Part shown: positions 41,682 through 52,901 of the stretch, in pieces
How positions within the stretch are numbered: the stretch's first letter is position 1
Layout: each line of letters opens with the position of its first letter
Assembly (NCBI GenBank): GCA_963723515.1
Contig: CAVRQT010000002.1
Span: 544,001-608,000, forward strand
DNA from: Vulcanimicrobiota bacterium
GTDB lineage: Bacteria; Vulcanimicrobiota; Vulcanimicrobiia; Vulcanimicrobiales; Vulcanimicrobiaceae
DNA length: 64,000 nt
Reading direction: 5' to 3'
Position numbers and translations under genes: made by a program
Notes under the pieces: generated by a model
Told to the model about the DNA's origin: nothing
The model's input: only the letters and a program-made list of their open reading frames with translations
Database searches by the model: none

Positions 41682-43417
41682 TTCCAAGCTCCTTCAGCAT
41701 CTCCGGCGGCACCGGCGACGGCGTGTTCATCATCACGTCGCGCGCCGCTTGATTCTTCGGAAAGGCTGTTACTTCACGCAAATCTGCTTCGCCGGCTGCG
41801 ATCATCGCGAGCCGGTCGATGCCGAGCGCGATGCCGCCGTGCGGCGGTGTACCGTAGTCAAGCGCACGTAAGAAGAAGCCGAAGCGGTCTTCGATCTGCT
41901 CTTCGCTCATGCCAAGCATACGAAAGATCTTCTTTTGAAACTCCGGCTTGTGAATGCGGATCGATCCACTGCCGAGCTCCCATCCATTAAGCACGAGATC
42001 ATAGTGTTGCGCCCGCATCGAGAGCGGACTGCTCTCGAGCAGACCCCATTGATCGTCGCGCGGCGCAGTGAACGGATGGTGCGCCGGCATTGGCTTTCCC
42101 GTTTGCGGATCAGGTTCGAACAGCGGAAAATCGGTAACCCAGGCAAATCGGAATTGCGATGCGTCGCGCAAGCCGCAACGGTCGCCGACGATGTTGCGCA
42201 TCCTGCCTGCAACATCTAACGTTTTCGTCTTCTCGCCCGCAAACATCAAGACGGCATCGCCCGTCGTGGCTGATACCGCATCGGTAACGGCGGCCGTCGT
42301 TTCGTCGTTCAAGAAGCGGGCAATCGGACTGCGCACACCGCTAGGGTCGAGCGCAATCCAGACGAGACCTTGCGCGCCTTGCTGCTTTGCATCTTCGGTT
42401 AACGCGTCGAACTCACGTCGCGAAAGCCCCGCGCCCGCGGGATAACGCAATCCAATGATGGCGCCGCCTTGCGAACTCGCCTGATCGCGAAAAACTTTGA
42501 ACTCGGAAGTTTGCGAAAGCGGATGAAACATCGCGCAACTCGAGATCGAAGCGCAGGTCAGGCTTATCGGTTCCATAGCGCGCGAGCACTTCGGCATGGC
42601 GAAACCGCGGAAACGGTAGCGGCAGCGCGATGCCTAGAGCGTCTTGCCAAATGTGCGCCATGCCCGCTTCCATGACTTTCAGAACGTCATCTTCACTCAC
42701 AAACGACATCTCGACGTCGATTTGCGTAAACTCCGGTTGCCGATCGGCCCGCAAATCCTCGTCGCGCATACAGCGCGCGATTTGCAAGTACTTGCCGAAG
42801 CCCGCGATCATCAGCAACTGCTTGAGGATCTGCGGCGACTGCGGCAACGCGTAGAAGGAGCCGTGATGCAGGCGGCTCGGCACAAGATAGTCGCGCGCGC
42901 CTTCGGGCGTCGACTTGATCAGCATCGGCGTTTCGATTTCGACGAAATCCCGTGAATCGAAAAAGTCGCGCGTTGCTTTGACGATCCGATGGCGTAACCG
43001 AATGTTCCGCTGCATCCGATGCCTGCGCAGATCGAGGTAGCGATACTCCATGCGCAAATTCTCATCCACGTCCTCATCGCTCCAGATCGGAAACGGTGGA
43101 ACGAGCGCACGGCTATAAATGAGAAGCTCGCCGGCGACGACCTCGATTTCTCCGGTCGGTAGTTTTGCGTTCTCCGTGCCGGCTGGGCGGCGCTGAACGG
43201 CGCCACTGACCCGGACAACATCTTCGTGGCGCAACGATTCAGCCGTTTCGAACGCCGTATTTTCGGGATGAAAGACGACTTGCGTGATACCGGAGTGATC
43301 GCGCAAATCGATGAAGATCAGGCCGCCGTGGTCACGCCGCCGATTGACCCAACCGTCGAGCTCGACCGTCGCGCTATCATCTTCAGCGCGCAACTCGCCG
43401 CATAGCCGCCTACTCAC
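41653..43417 (-). CDS. aspS: Aspartate--tRNA(Asp/Asn) ligase (frameshift near 42510)
   Basis: [55 protein letters not shown]. Confidence 0.96.
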
Positions 43418-44319
43418 CGGTCGCCGCCATTCGCGCGCAGCGCCGATTTGATTCCCGAAACATAGTGATATTGCTGCACCAAGTTGCGCGCAAATGCGGA
43501 AGTCTCCGCCCGGCGGTCGAGGTATTGCAAGAATCGCGGCATCTTTTCGACGAGCGAATGGAGGCCGAGCGAAAGCGGCGTCATGCCGAGATTCGCCATG
43601 ACCGCGAAATCGGGGTGCTTGCGGTAAAAGCGTACCGTCGATCGGCCGGCGAGCTCCATCTTTTGCTTTTGATCCTCGTGAGGCACATCTTGAAGATGGT
43701 AGTTGACCGCGCGCGGCTCATAGACAATGACTATGCCGGCACGCCGGAGACGATAGCCAAGCTCGAGATCCTCATGACCGTAGCCGGTGAAATTTTCATC
43801 GAAGCATCCGACGCGCAACAGGTCGGCGCGACGCACGGATGCATTCCCAGTCAGGAAGTAAAGCCAAGATAAGCGTTTTCGACGCTCGGGATGCAGCGGG
43901 TCCCGCGATTGCGGATCGTCGCGCTTCCTTCGATACTCATCGCGCGTGCGCGCCTGAACTTCTTGTCCGACGACCGCGATGTTTTCTTGCTGCCGATGGC
44001 GCTCGAGATGTCGCGAGAGCAGATCGCGGGACGCAATGATGTCCGCGTCGTTAAAGACGACGATCTCGCCGGCGGCTGCGCCAATACCGGCATTTCGCGC
44101 GGCGGCGCGTCCGGAATACGCTCCGGGCAAGTGGCGAACGTTGCGGGCGACCGGCGCGATCGCTGCAAAGAATTCCGCAGTTCCGTCATTCGAGAGTGAA
44201 TCCGCCACGATGATCTCGTATCGGCTCCGCTCGAGATCCTGATCGAGCAGCGACGGGAGCACGTACTCGAGCGTTTCGAGCCGGTTGTACGTCGGAATGA
44301 CGACCGACGCTTCGATCAT
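43414..44319 (-). CDS. Glycosyltransferase family 2
   Basis: [31 protein letters not shown]. Confidence 0.9.
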   Translation of the reverse strand: MIEASVVIPTYNRLETLEYVLPSLLDQDLERSRYEIIVADSLSNDGTAEFFAAIAPVARNVRHLPGAYSGRAAARNAGIGAAAGEIVVFNDADIIASRDLLSRHLERHRQQENIAVVGQEVQARTRDEYRRKRDDPQSRDPLHPERRKRLSWLYFLTGNASVRRADLLRVGCFDENFTGYGHEDLELGYRLRRAGIVIVYEPRAVNYHLQDVPHEDQKQKMELAGRSTVRFYRKHPDFAVMANLGMTPLSLGLHSLVEKMPRFLQYLDRRAETSAFARNLVQQYHYVSGIKSALRANGGDR

Positions 44320-45302
44320 GCTTCAATCAACGTCGCGACTCCGGCAACGACGTCGGAGCGCAATTTTTGGAGCTCATTTGCGCTTTCCCCGGATGGTTTG
44401 CGCACGATGGCGTGGGGAACGCGATACGGCGCCCACTCCCGGGAGCTCAGCGAGAAGAACCGGTGCTCAAACGCGACGACCGAGGGTTTGTGCATGGCGC
44501 TTGCAACGTGCGTGGCTCCGGTATCGACCGTCACGATGCAGCGCGCGCGCTCGAACGCCGCCGCCCACTCATGAAACGCTAAGTCGCCGGCGACGGCATC
44601 GACGACATTAGCGCGGGAAATCAGCATCGCTTGCGCTCGATGCTCAGGGGCATGCGTTAGAACGATCGGCAGGTTGAATCTGCGCAGCGCTCGCAGCAGC
44701 GCGATCGTATTTTCGAGCGTGCTTCCCGACCGAAGCCAATGCTCCGCCAGATGAAAGGTCAGCGAATTCATCGGCAGATGCGCAACCGCGTTCCGATCGC
44801 GATCGGTGACGTCAATGCGCAACTCTTCAACGCGGCGCGTTGCGCCTGCCCGAGCAACGAGATCGAGCAGCTCGTCAACTTCGTGCCGAACCGGATGCTC
44901 CGGATGGCGATCGATCAACCAAGGATCGGCATTCGAAAGCGCGAGATCCGTTAAGTATAGGCGGCCGGTCAAACGCGCGAAGTAGCGTCGCACGTATGTG
45001 TAGCCGATCCGCTTCGGCGCGCGCGTTGCTGCAACGATCGCATAGTCCGCCGCGCGCGGCGCCAACGCGATCGCGACATCGACGCGTCCCCGAAACGCAG
45101 AAGCGAATCTCGATGGACGTTGGCCACGCGGAACCTCGAGGACGGCATCGAGGTTCGGATCACGCTCGACAGCAACGCGATTGTACGGACTCGTAACGAT
45201 CGTGATGCGCGCATTTGGAAAAGATGCGCGTACCGTTGCAATCGCCGGCGTGCTCAAGATCAGATCGCCGATGCGATCCGTTCGCGAAAGGAAGATGTGC
45301 AC
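44316..45302 (-). CDS. Glycosyltransferase family 9 (heptosyltransferase-like)
   Basis: RTDRIGDLILSTP; DTGATHVASA. Confidence 0.88.
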   Translation of the reverse strand: MHIFLSRTDRIGDLILSTPAIATVRASFPNARITIVTSPYNRVAVERDPNLDAVLEVPRGQRPSRFASAFRGRVDVAIALAPRAADYAIVAATRAPKRIGYTYVRRYFARLTGRLYLTDLALSNADPWLIDRHPEHPVRHEVDELLDLVARAGATRRVEELRIDVTDRDRNAVAHLPMNSLTFHLAEHWLRSGSTLENTIALLRALRRFNLPIVLTHAPEHRAQAMLISRANVVDAVAGDLAFHEWAAAFERARCIVTVDTGATHVASAMHKPSVVAFEHRFFSLSSREWAPYRVPHAIVRKPSGESANELQKLRSDVVAGVATLIEA

Positions 45303-46214
45303 TAACGCTCAGCGGACCCACGTTGGGCGCGCTCGAGTTCATCGAAGTATGCGTCTGCCGCGAGCCGTCTCGCCGCCCAATGCTCGGTGCCGCTTCAACG
45401 GGCGGTCCGCTGCAAGCTCGCCGAGCATACGTTGGAAATAGCGCGTCGCTCCAACACCTCGGATCCACTTGTGGAGCAATCGTTGCGCCACGGTGTTTCC
45501 CGTGGCTAAGCGCGCTCGCCACACCGGATGGATCTGCTCGAGCTGCACCGCGGTCCGCGCCTGCGCCCGCGCTTGGCGAAGCATGCGCGGCACGTCGTCC
45601 TTGCGCGGCGACGGTTTGTAGTGAAATGCGATTGCGTCACGGTTGAGAATCGATCGCAGACCGTGCGCTCGCAGGCGCAAACCAACATCGATGTCTTCCC
45701 AGCCGTATTCCGAGAACTCTTCGTTGAAAGCGCCGATTTCACGGAGGCTCTCGAGCGGCACGGAGACATTGCTCGTCCAGAAAAAGTTTCCGCTGTAGTT
45801 GCGCCACGTATAGATCGGCGGGGGAAGCTCATCGAAGCTCTGCGTGTTGATTACAGCTCCCCGGATGATGTCGTGCGGGTGCTGCGCATGCAGACGGAGA
45901 TGCTCCGCGACGAAGGTCGGCACCGGCAGCACATCGTCGTCGATGAAGATGATTCGGCTTCCACGCGCCGCGGCGATGCCTGCGTTGCGTCCCCGTGCCA
46001 AACCCGAATTCTCTTGATTGATGACCGTGAACGGCACGCCGGCGTCTTCTCGCGCCCGTTCGATTACATCGAGCGTTTCGTCCGTCGATCCGTCGTTCAC
46101 GAGCACGACCTCATACACGTCTGGAGCAACGGTTTGTTCGAAACATCCTTGAAGCACGCGCTCGAGCAGCGCGGCACGGTTATAGGTACAAAGTTGAATC
46201 GTTGCCTGCGTCAT
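45302..46214 (-). CDS. Glycosyltransferase family 2 (frameshift near 3' end)
   Basis: CTYNR, VNDGSTD, FIDDD, YGWEDIDVGLRL. Confidence 0.88.
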
Positions 46215-47217
46215 GCAGCGTTTCGCAGCAAACCGTCGAGCGCCGCCGCAACCCGCGGGACGTCGAGGTGAGCAATGCATGCATAGTCCGGACACGTTTC
46301 AATTCGCTCGCGCGCCCGGCAGCGGAAGCTTGCGCGCACGACCGAAACGTGCGATCCCAGCGGCGCCCAGCGATCCGGAAAATCACATTGCAGCGGAAAG
46401 ATGCCGACCGTTGGTGTGCCGACCGCAGCGGCGACGTGCATCGGACCGCTATGCATGACGACGAGAAACGAGCTGCGCTTGGCTATCGCCGCGAAGGCGC
46501 CGATCGACGTTTGACCCGCAATCGAAACGCTGCCGGTGCCCTCCGCCAAAGCGGTCGCAATCGCCGCATCGGATGCTGAACCACTGATCACGATCCGTGG
46601 CGCAAAGCGTGCTTGTAGCGTCCGGACCAATGCCTTCCAACCTTCAAGCGGCCAATGCGGCCGCCTCGCCGTCACGGCACACGTTGCATGGAGCAGCCCA
46701 AACGGCGCGCTCGATTCGGTTGCGTCCAAGCACAGTCTCGGCCGCGGTCTGATCCTGCGGCGGTGAGATTGAAACGCGGGTACTCCTCGTCGGTATCACA
46801 GCCGATCGCGCGCGCATAATCCAGCAAGATCTGCGACCAATGTGATGTCACATCCCCGCGTTCGCTTCGGACGACGACTCGATGGGTGAACAATCTGGAA
46901 TACAACCTGCGCGCTTGGCCGACTCTGATTGGAATGCGCGCCAAAAATGGGATTTCCGCAGTTCGTCGCGTCGCCCACGTCACAACTGCTGCACGATAGT
47001 TGCGTTCGCGCAGCCGCTCGGCGATTGCCGCCGCAGCAGCGCCATCGTCGACCAGCACGTGATCGATGTCCGGCACGTGTTCGAGCGTCTCGCGATGTCC
47101 CGGCAGCGTCAGCGCATCGACGGGCGCAAACCTTCGACGCAATGCGCGTGCGCACAGTGAGGCGAGCAGCGAATCACCGATCCCGCCGCCCGCGCAAACG
47201 AGAAGCGCGCTGTTCAA
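46211..47217 (-). CDS. Glycosyltransferase family 9 (frameshift near 46740)
   Basis: GGIGDSLL; HWP; HSGPMHVAAAVGTPTVGIF; RWAP. Confidence 0.88.
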
Positions 47218-48164
47218 CTGCTGCGCCAGTCGCTAACCAGCTGCTGTGCGAAGCCCTCGATGCCCGCGCGATCGGTAGGGAAGGGCCGCACGATATGCGG
47301 CGCGGCCCACGGCGACCAGCGCGCCGCTTGGACGTTGAAGTTCGCGGGTCCAAAGATGTCCGTACATCGGATTCCGAGCATGCCCGCGAGATGCGCCGCA
47401 CCGGTATCCGGGGTGATCACGAAAGGCGCTGACGCTACTGCCGTCTTCCATTCCGCAACCGTGGCGAAGTAGCGCATTCGCAAGCCGGCACTCTCGCCGA
47501 TCCGTTCACCGAGCGCTCGTTCTTCGACGGAGCAAAACCCCTCAAACGGCTCGTGCGCGCAGAGCGCGGCAAACCATCTGCTCACGTCGTCCTCGTTATG
47601 CGATCCGGAAAGCCATTTACGCGTCACTTGAATCACCGGAACATCTTGTTGCGGCGCCGGCGATTCGAGCAGAAGGCCTCGAAAGCGCTGCGGATCCTTC
47701 GGCGGCTGTGATTCCGCCGTAAGCGAACGCCCGAGGTCATACATTACTTCGACCTCATGCCGCGGATGTGAAGGATGCGCCGGACGGTACATCGCGCTTG
47801 TCAACTGACGGCGGACCCAAAACGACTTGAACGGTTTCTGGAAGCCGTTGTGAAAGCCGCGCCGATCCGGAACCTCGGCCCGGCGCGCAAAGATGTAGGC
47901 GGCGGGCAGCTCGGAGGCGATCAACGCAATGTCGTATCGCTGTCGGCGGGCTTGCGGCAGCGCGCGATCCCATGTTTCCTTTGTGTAGTCGTGCTTCGGC
48001 CATGGGATTCGCTCGACAACGTGCACGTGCTCGAAGGTGCCGGGCGCAAATATCTCCGCGTTGCGCGTCGTCAATAGGGCGCTAAGCGAATGGCCGGCCG
48101 CGCGTAACGATGCGATCAGCGGCACACATGCCAGCGCATCCCCAATGCCGTCAACCCGAATCAA
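47214..48164 (-). CDS. Glycosyltransferase family 9
   Basis: RVDGIGDAL; DTGAAHLAG; RWSP. Confidence 0.85.
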   Translation of the reverse strand: MIRVDGIGDALACVPLIASLRAAGHSLSALLTTRNAEIFAPGTFEHVHVVERIPWPKHDYTKETWDRALPQARRQRYDIALIASELPAAYIFARRAEVPDRRGFHNGFQKPFKSFWVRRQLTSAMYRPAHPSHPRHEVEVMYDLGRSLTAESQPPKDPQRFRGLLLESPAPQQDVPVIQVTRKWLSGSHNEDDVSRWFAALCAHEPFEGFCSVEERALGERIGESAGLRMRYFATVAEWKTAVASAPFVITPDTGAAHLAGMLGIRCTDIFGPANFNVQAARWSPWAAPHIVRPFPTDRAGIEGFAQQLVSDWRSS

Positions 48165-48175
48165 CAGGATTCGGC

Positions 48176-49052
48176 TTATTGGTGCAACCCGCGCTGCAGC
48201 TCATGCACGTACATCCCATCCAGCAATTGATGCCGCGCGACGGCTCGGATCATCGGCGGCACTCGCTCGTCGGCGGCAAAGCCCGCGTACAACGGCAAGA
48301 GCCACTTTGGCGCCAGCGCTCGAGCACGCCAAAAATTCCACGCGTGCGCTCCAGTCGCTAAACGCGCACGACGCGATTGATTTTTTCGAATGAAACGAGC
48401 CGCCATCTGAGCCTTCTCTAACGTGCGTACGAGCGTCGCATCGAGCGTTTGTTCTGCCGGCGGCTTGATGTGATAGAGGTAAGCATCCCAGCAGAATTTG
48501 GCACGGACGCCGCGTTCACGCAGTCGCACGCCCAGCTCCGTATCTTCCCACCCGTAAAGATAAAATTGCTCGTCGAAGCCGCGGACCTCGCGCAGTGCGC
48601 TCAATCGCACCGAGACGTTGCACGTGCAGAAGAACGCTCGCGAAAAGTTGGCCAGCGTCGGCTTCGGCCGATCGTGGTAGGTCGGTACGTTGATAATCGG
48701 CCCCGAAACCGCCGTCGCCTTACGGCCGCTGTGCGCTCGCGCGTGCGCTGCGAGAAATGCCGGCCGGAAGCCAGACATCGTCATCAAGAAAGAGAGCGAT
48801 ATCGCCCTGGGCCACGGAGATCCCGCGGTTGCGCGCCGCAGCACGGTTTGGGCGCTCTTCATAGACGTACGAGATCTCAAAGCCGTAGGCGTCCCGTGCT
48901 CGTTCCACGATCTGCGGCGTGGCATCGGTCGAGCCGTTATCCACGACGATCACCTCAAATGATGGAGCACCGATCTGCTCGCAAAGCGATCGCAAAGCCT
49001 GATCGAGATACTCCGCGCGATCCTTGCTTGCGATGATCAGCGTGAGCTGCAC
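48176..49052 (-). CDS. Glycosyltransferase family 2 (frameshift near 48770)
   Basis: VVDNGSTD, ARNRGI, FLDDD; YGWEDTELGVRL. Confidence 0.88.
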
Positions 49053-50305
49053 TAGTTGAGGGCCGCGGCCGGTAGCAAGCACTCCAAGATACCGCTCGCC
49101 ATTCGCTCGGAAGCGCCGACGTGTTCCTCGTAGAGCCCTCTCAACCGCGTCCGGCTCTCGCGCAGCCAAGCTGCGTCGTCGTAGTACCGCAAAGCGACGC
49201 GAGCGACTTGGCCGGGCGTCAAGGTGCCGCGCAACTCCGGCACGAGCGGAGATTGCACGTCGATGTTCGGTTGCGCCAGAAACGGAAACCGTTTTCCCGC
49301 CGCAAGCACCGCGGCTCGTTTGAGCGAGATGCCGACAATTGGAATGCGATCGAGATAGGTCAGCGGCCCGTTGATCGCAATCATTTCGGGCGCATTTGCC
49401 GTCGCGCAGGAAACCATTGGCGTGCCGAGCGCGGCCAGCTCGATCGTCTTGGTTCCCGGAATCGTCAGCGCAAGCCGTGCCGATTTGGCGGCCGCAAGCG
49501 CGTTTTGCACGATCGGAAAACGCGACCGCTCCTCAACGTCGCAGAGAAACGCCGCGCCGCCGCTTTGAATCAGATCGCCTTTGAAGGCGAAGAATCTCGG
49601 ATCGCCGCCGGATCGAACCGCTTCGCGCACTTCTTCGAGCGCAGTGAACGGGGAAATTCCAAAAGTGATCGGCAGATCCGGCCGTTTCTCGCGAATGCGC
49701 AGCGCGACGGTTAAGAAGAACGGATACAGCTGCGCGACCTGCGCGCGATGCGAGCCCGGCATGATGAGGATACCGTCGGGCGCAGCGGCTTGCGCGCCGT
49801 TCATCTCCGCTTCAAGAAGCGCGCCGTCGATCGCAAGGTTGCCGGCCAGCACGATGCGGTCGCGATGAACGCGCCAGCGCACCAGCTGCTGAACGTTGGC
49901 CATGTCAACGGCAAACGCGCGCACGAACAAGTCGCGGTAACGCGGGCGCGAAAATTTGTAGGTTAACGCGCGGGCCGAAAAACGTCTTGCCAGGCGCGCC
50001 GCGTGCATCAGATCTCCGCCCAGATACTGCACGACGTCAAAGGCGGCCGGCAGGCCCGCCACTTTTCGACCGAGCGCGATTCGAACGTACGCTCTCGCGT
50101 CATACACAGCGGCCTGCGGAAACATCGCCCGTGCAACATCCGGCTCTCTACCCGTCGCATAGTCGTCAGGAACAAAGAAGAGATGGACGTTTAGGTCGGG
50201 CGCTTGTTCGAAGAGCCGAACGAGCAACGGACGAGCCCATCCCGCAAATTCGCCCGGACCATTGCACGTGATCGCAAGAGTCGGCGCTCGATTTTCAGCC
50301 GCCAT
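49052..50305 (-). CDS. Lipid-A-disaccharide synthase-related protein (LpxB-like)
   Basis: CNGPGEFAGW, LGGD, MPGS, PGTKTIELAALGTP, AQPNI...VPEL. Confidence 0.7.
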   Translation of the reverse strand: MAAENRAPTLAITCNGPGEFAGWARPLLVRLFEQAPDLNVHLFFVPDDYATGREPDVARAMFPQAAVYDARAYVRIALGRKVAGLPAAFDVVQYLGGDLMHAARLARRFSARALTYKFSRPRYRDLFVRAFAVDMANVQQLVRWRVHRDRIVLAGNLAIDGALLEAEMNGAQAAAPDGILIMPGSHRAQVAQLYPFFLTVALRIREKRPDLPITFGISPFTALEEVREAVRSGGDPRFFAFKGDLIQSGGAAFLCDVEERSRFPIVQNALAAAKSARLALTIPGTKTIELAALGTPMVSCATANAPEMIAINGPLTYLDRIPIVGISLKRAAVLAAGKRFPFLAQPNIDVQSPLVPELRGTLTPGQVARVALRYYDDAAWLRESRTRLRGLYEEHVGASERMASGILECLLPAAALN

Positions 50306-50804
50306 CGGCGTAGCGCTTGAGGATCGTTGCAATCAGGGACGTCGTGCTGACGCCGCTCACATGGGGCGCCAGCGCAATCGTTCCGCCGTGAGCGAGGACC
50401 ACGGTGCGTTCCGGCAGCTCATCCTCACGATATTGTGCGCTCTTGACGTGGACATCCGGTTCAATGCGATTGAGAATGACCTCGGGAGTCACTTCCGAGA
50501 AGCCGACCACCGCATCGACGCTACGCAAAGCACAGAGAATCCGAGCACGCTCTTCAAAGGGCATCAGCGGACGGCGTTCACCCTTGAGCTTGCGCACCGA
50601 TGCATCGGTATTTAAGCCGACGATCAATGCATCGCCCTGACTGCGCGCCCACGCCAGATATTCGACGTGACCCGCGTGAAGCAGATCGAAGCAGCCGTTG
50701 GTAAAGACAACGCGCTGGTGCGCTGCGCGCCGCGATTGACGCCATGCTACGGCGCCGTCTACGTCAAGAAGAGGAGCGAAGAGGTCAGCCGGCTTGGAAA
50801 CCAT
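50295..50804 (-). CDS. rfaE2: D-glycero-beta-D-manno-heptose 1-phosphate adenylyltransferase
   Basis: VFTNGCFDLLHAGH, VGLNTDASVRKLKG, STT. Confidence 0.92.
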   Translation of the reverse strand: MVSKPADLFAPLLDVDGAVAWRQSRRAAHQRVVFTNGCFDLLHAGHVEYLAWARSQGDALIVGLNTDASVRKLKGERRPLMPFEERARILCALRSVDAVVGFSEVTPEVILNRIEPDVHVKSAQYREDELPERTVVLAHGGTIALAPHVSGVSTTSLIATILKRYADGG

Positions 50805-51781
50805 GGTCGATCAGCGCTAGAATTTCATCGGCTGATGCGGTCGCCGTGCCAAGCTTCTCGACGACGGCACCAGCCGCAAAATTGGCAAGCTGCAGCGCAA
50901 GTTCCGCAGTTGCTCCAGCCGCAAATGCGAGCGTGAGCACCGCCACAGCGGTATCGCCTGCGCCGCTGACGTCATAGACGGTTCGCGCGACCGCGGGCAC
51001 ATGCAACTGCGAGGTCATCCCTCGAGAAGAGCGCCATCCCGCGTTCACCGCGCGTGATGACGACATACCGGCAGCGCAAGCGCGTAAGCAGCGTTTGGGC
51101 AACGCGTTCCAACGACGCATCGTCGGTAATGCGAAGACCGGTCGCGATCTCCGCTTCATGCATGTTGGGCGCGACGCACGATACGCCCTCAAAGAGTGCC
51201 ATGTTCTGCGGTTTCGGATCGACGACGACGAGCGGCGCGGCGAGCGCTGCTTCGACGACCTCGCGCGAAACGAGTCCCTTGCCGTAATCGCTAATGACGA
51301 CCGCATCAACGTCTCGTGCATGCGTTCGCACGAGCCCAGCGATACGCTCGCTATCACCCCGCGACAGTGCAGTCGTCGACTCCCAATCCGCGCGAACGAC
51401 TTGCTGGCTGTGTGCGACGATCCGCGTCTTTCGCGTGGTCGGACGATCGTTCACGGTGACAATCCCGTCGCGCCGAACGCCGATGCCGTCAAGCAGAGCC
51501 GTCATACGTTGCGCAAGCTCGTCGTCCCCAGCGGCGCCGACGAGTTGCACGCTGGCGCCGAGCGCGCGCAAATTGTTCGCAACATTGCCGGCGCCGCCGA
51601 GAGTGAACGAGTGATCGTCCACATTGACGACAGGGACCGGCGCCTCAGGAGAGATGCGCGTCACGGTGCCCCAAATCCACTCATCGACCATCGCATCTCC
51701 GATTACCATGATGTTTCGGTTCCGCATGCGATCGAAAAGCATCCGCGCATCGGGCGGCGCGAGCAGCGGCGCGGTGCTCAC
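50785..51781 (-). CDS. rfaE1: D-glycero-beta-D-manno-heptose 7-phosphate kinase (frameshift near 51020)
   Basis: RISPEAPVPV, GGAGNVA, SDYGKG, TRGERGM, DVSGAGDT. Confidence 0.93.
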
Positions 51782-52371
51782 GGCGAAGCGATCAACTGCT
51801 GTTCGACGAGGTCGCAGATGATGTGACCCATCGCGATGTGCACCTCTTGCACGAGGGCGGCATAGCCTTCAGGACCGATCAAGGCGAGATCCGCCGATTG
51901 CGCCGCCGGGCCGCCGCCGTTTCCGCTGAAGGCTACCGTCACGGCGCCTCGCTTCCGCGCTTCCTCGAGCCCGGCGAGAATATTTTTCGACTTCCCGCTC
52001 GTTGTAATGCCGATCACGACGTCGCCGGGTTGGACGAACGCTTCAATCTGTCGCGCGAAGACGCGATCGTAGCCGTAATCGTTGCTGATCGCCGTGACGG
52101 CTGACGGATTGACCGAGAGTGACTCCGATGGATACGCGCGACGCTCACGCAAAAATCGTCCGCTGAATTCCGCAGCCAGATGCTGCGCATCGGCGGCGCT
52201 GCCGCCGTTTCCCATCCAGAGCACTTTTCGTCCCGAACGAAATGCGGCTACCAATGCGTCGACGATCGCCGCCACTTGGTTGCGATAGTGTGGCGCTTCC
52301 AAGAGGCCCTTGCGCTCCGAAAGCAACTGGTCAAAGCCACGCTGTTCGATCACGCTGACGGCTCGATCCAA
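51778..52371 (-). CDS. gmhA: D-sedoheptulose 7-phosphate isomerase
   Basis: GNGGSAADAQH, NDYGY, TTSGKS, QEVH...GH. Confidence 0.95.
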   Translation of the reverse strand: MDRAVSVIEQRGFDQLLSERKGLLEAPHYRNQVAAIVDALVAAFRSGRKVLWMGNGGSAADAQHLAAEFSGRFLRERRAYPSESLSVNPSAVTAISNDYGYDRVFARQIEAFVQPGDVVIGITTSGKSKNILAGLEEARKRGAVTVAFSGNGGGPAAQSADLALIGPEGYAALVQEVHIAMGHIICDLVEQQLIASP

Positions 52372-52784
52372 ATCATATCCTCGCCCAGTGAGACGAGCTC
52401 TCCGTTTTCCGGAATGATGCGTGTGACGACGCCCGCATAGTCAGAAGTGATTTCGTTCATCAACTTCATCGCTTCGATGATGCAAACGACTTGGCCAACC
52501 GTCACGCGATCGCCGGCCTTGACGAACGGTTCGGCCCCCGGAGAGGCCGCGGTGTAAAAGACGCCGACAAGCGGCGCGGTGATCCGTTGCACGTTCGCGG
52601 GAGGCTGTGCCGCGGACTGGGTTGCCGTAACCGGCTGCGGAACTTTGGCTGGAACCTCCGCATCAGCGGACGGACTGCGCCGCACGAGTTCAAAGATCTG
52701 GTCGCCGAGCTTGACCTTCAGCGCATCCAGGTCGTGCTCGTGCATGATCGCCAGCAACTCTTTGATCTTCTCCTGCTCGTTCAA
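52350..52784 (-). CDS. accB: Acetyl-CoA carboxylase biotin carboxyl carrier protein
   Basis: APLVGVFY; IIEAMKLMNEI biotinylation motif; TTG start at 52784 (or 52790). Confidence 0.93.
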   Translation of the reverse strand: MNEQEKIKELLAIMHEHDLDALKVKLGDQIFELVRRSPSADAEVPAKVPQPVTATQSAAQPPANVQRITAPLVGVFYTAASPGAEPFVKAGDRVTVGQVVCIIEAMKLMNEITSDYAGVVTRIIPENGELVSLGEDMIWIEPSA

Positions 52785-52789
52785 TTCCA

Positions 52790-52843
52790 AGGCGCTCCGT
52801 TCTAAACTCCGCGCCCCCCAGCCGAGCTGGGGCCCCCAAACCA
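52790..52843 (-). repeat. 54-bp dispersed repeat, copy 2 (5' of accB)
   Basis: 51/54 identical to 26063-26116. Confidence 0.9.
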
Positions 52844-52901
52844 TCGCTCCCTCACAATCATTGTTGAGTCCTAATTCCCCGTGGGGTCGCGTAAAAGCGC
52901 A

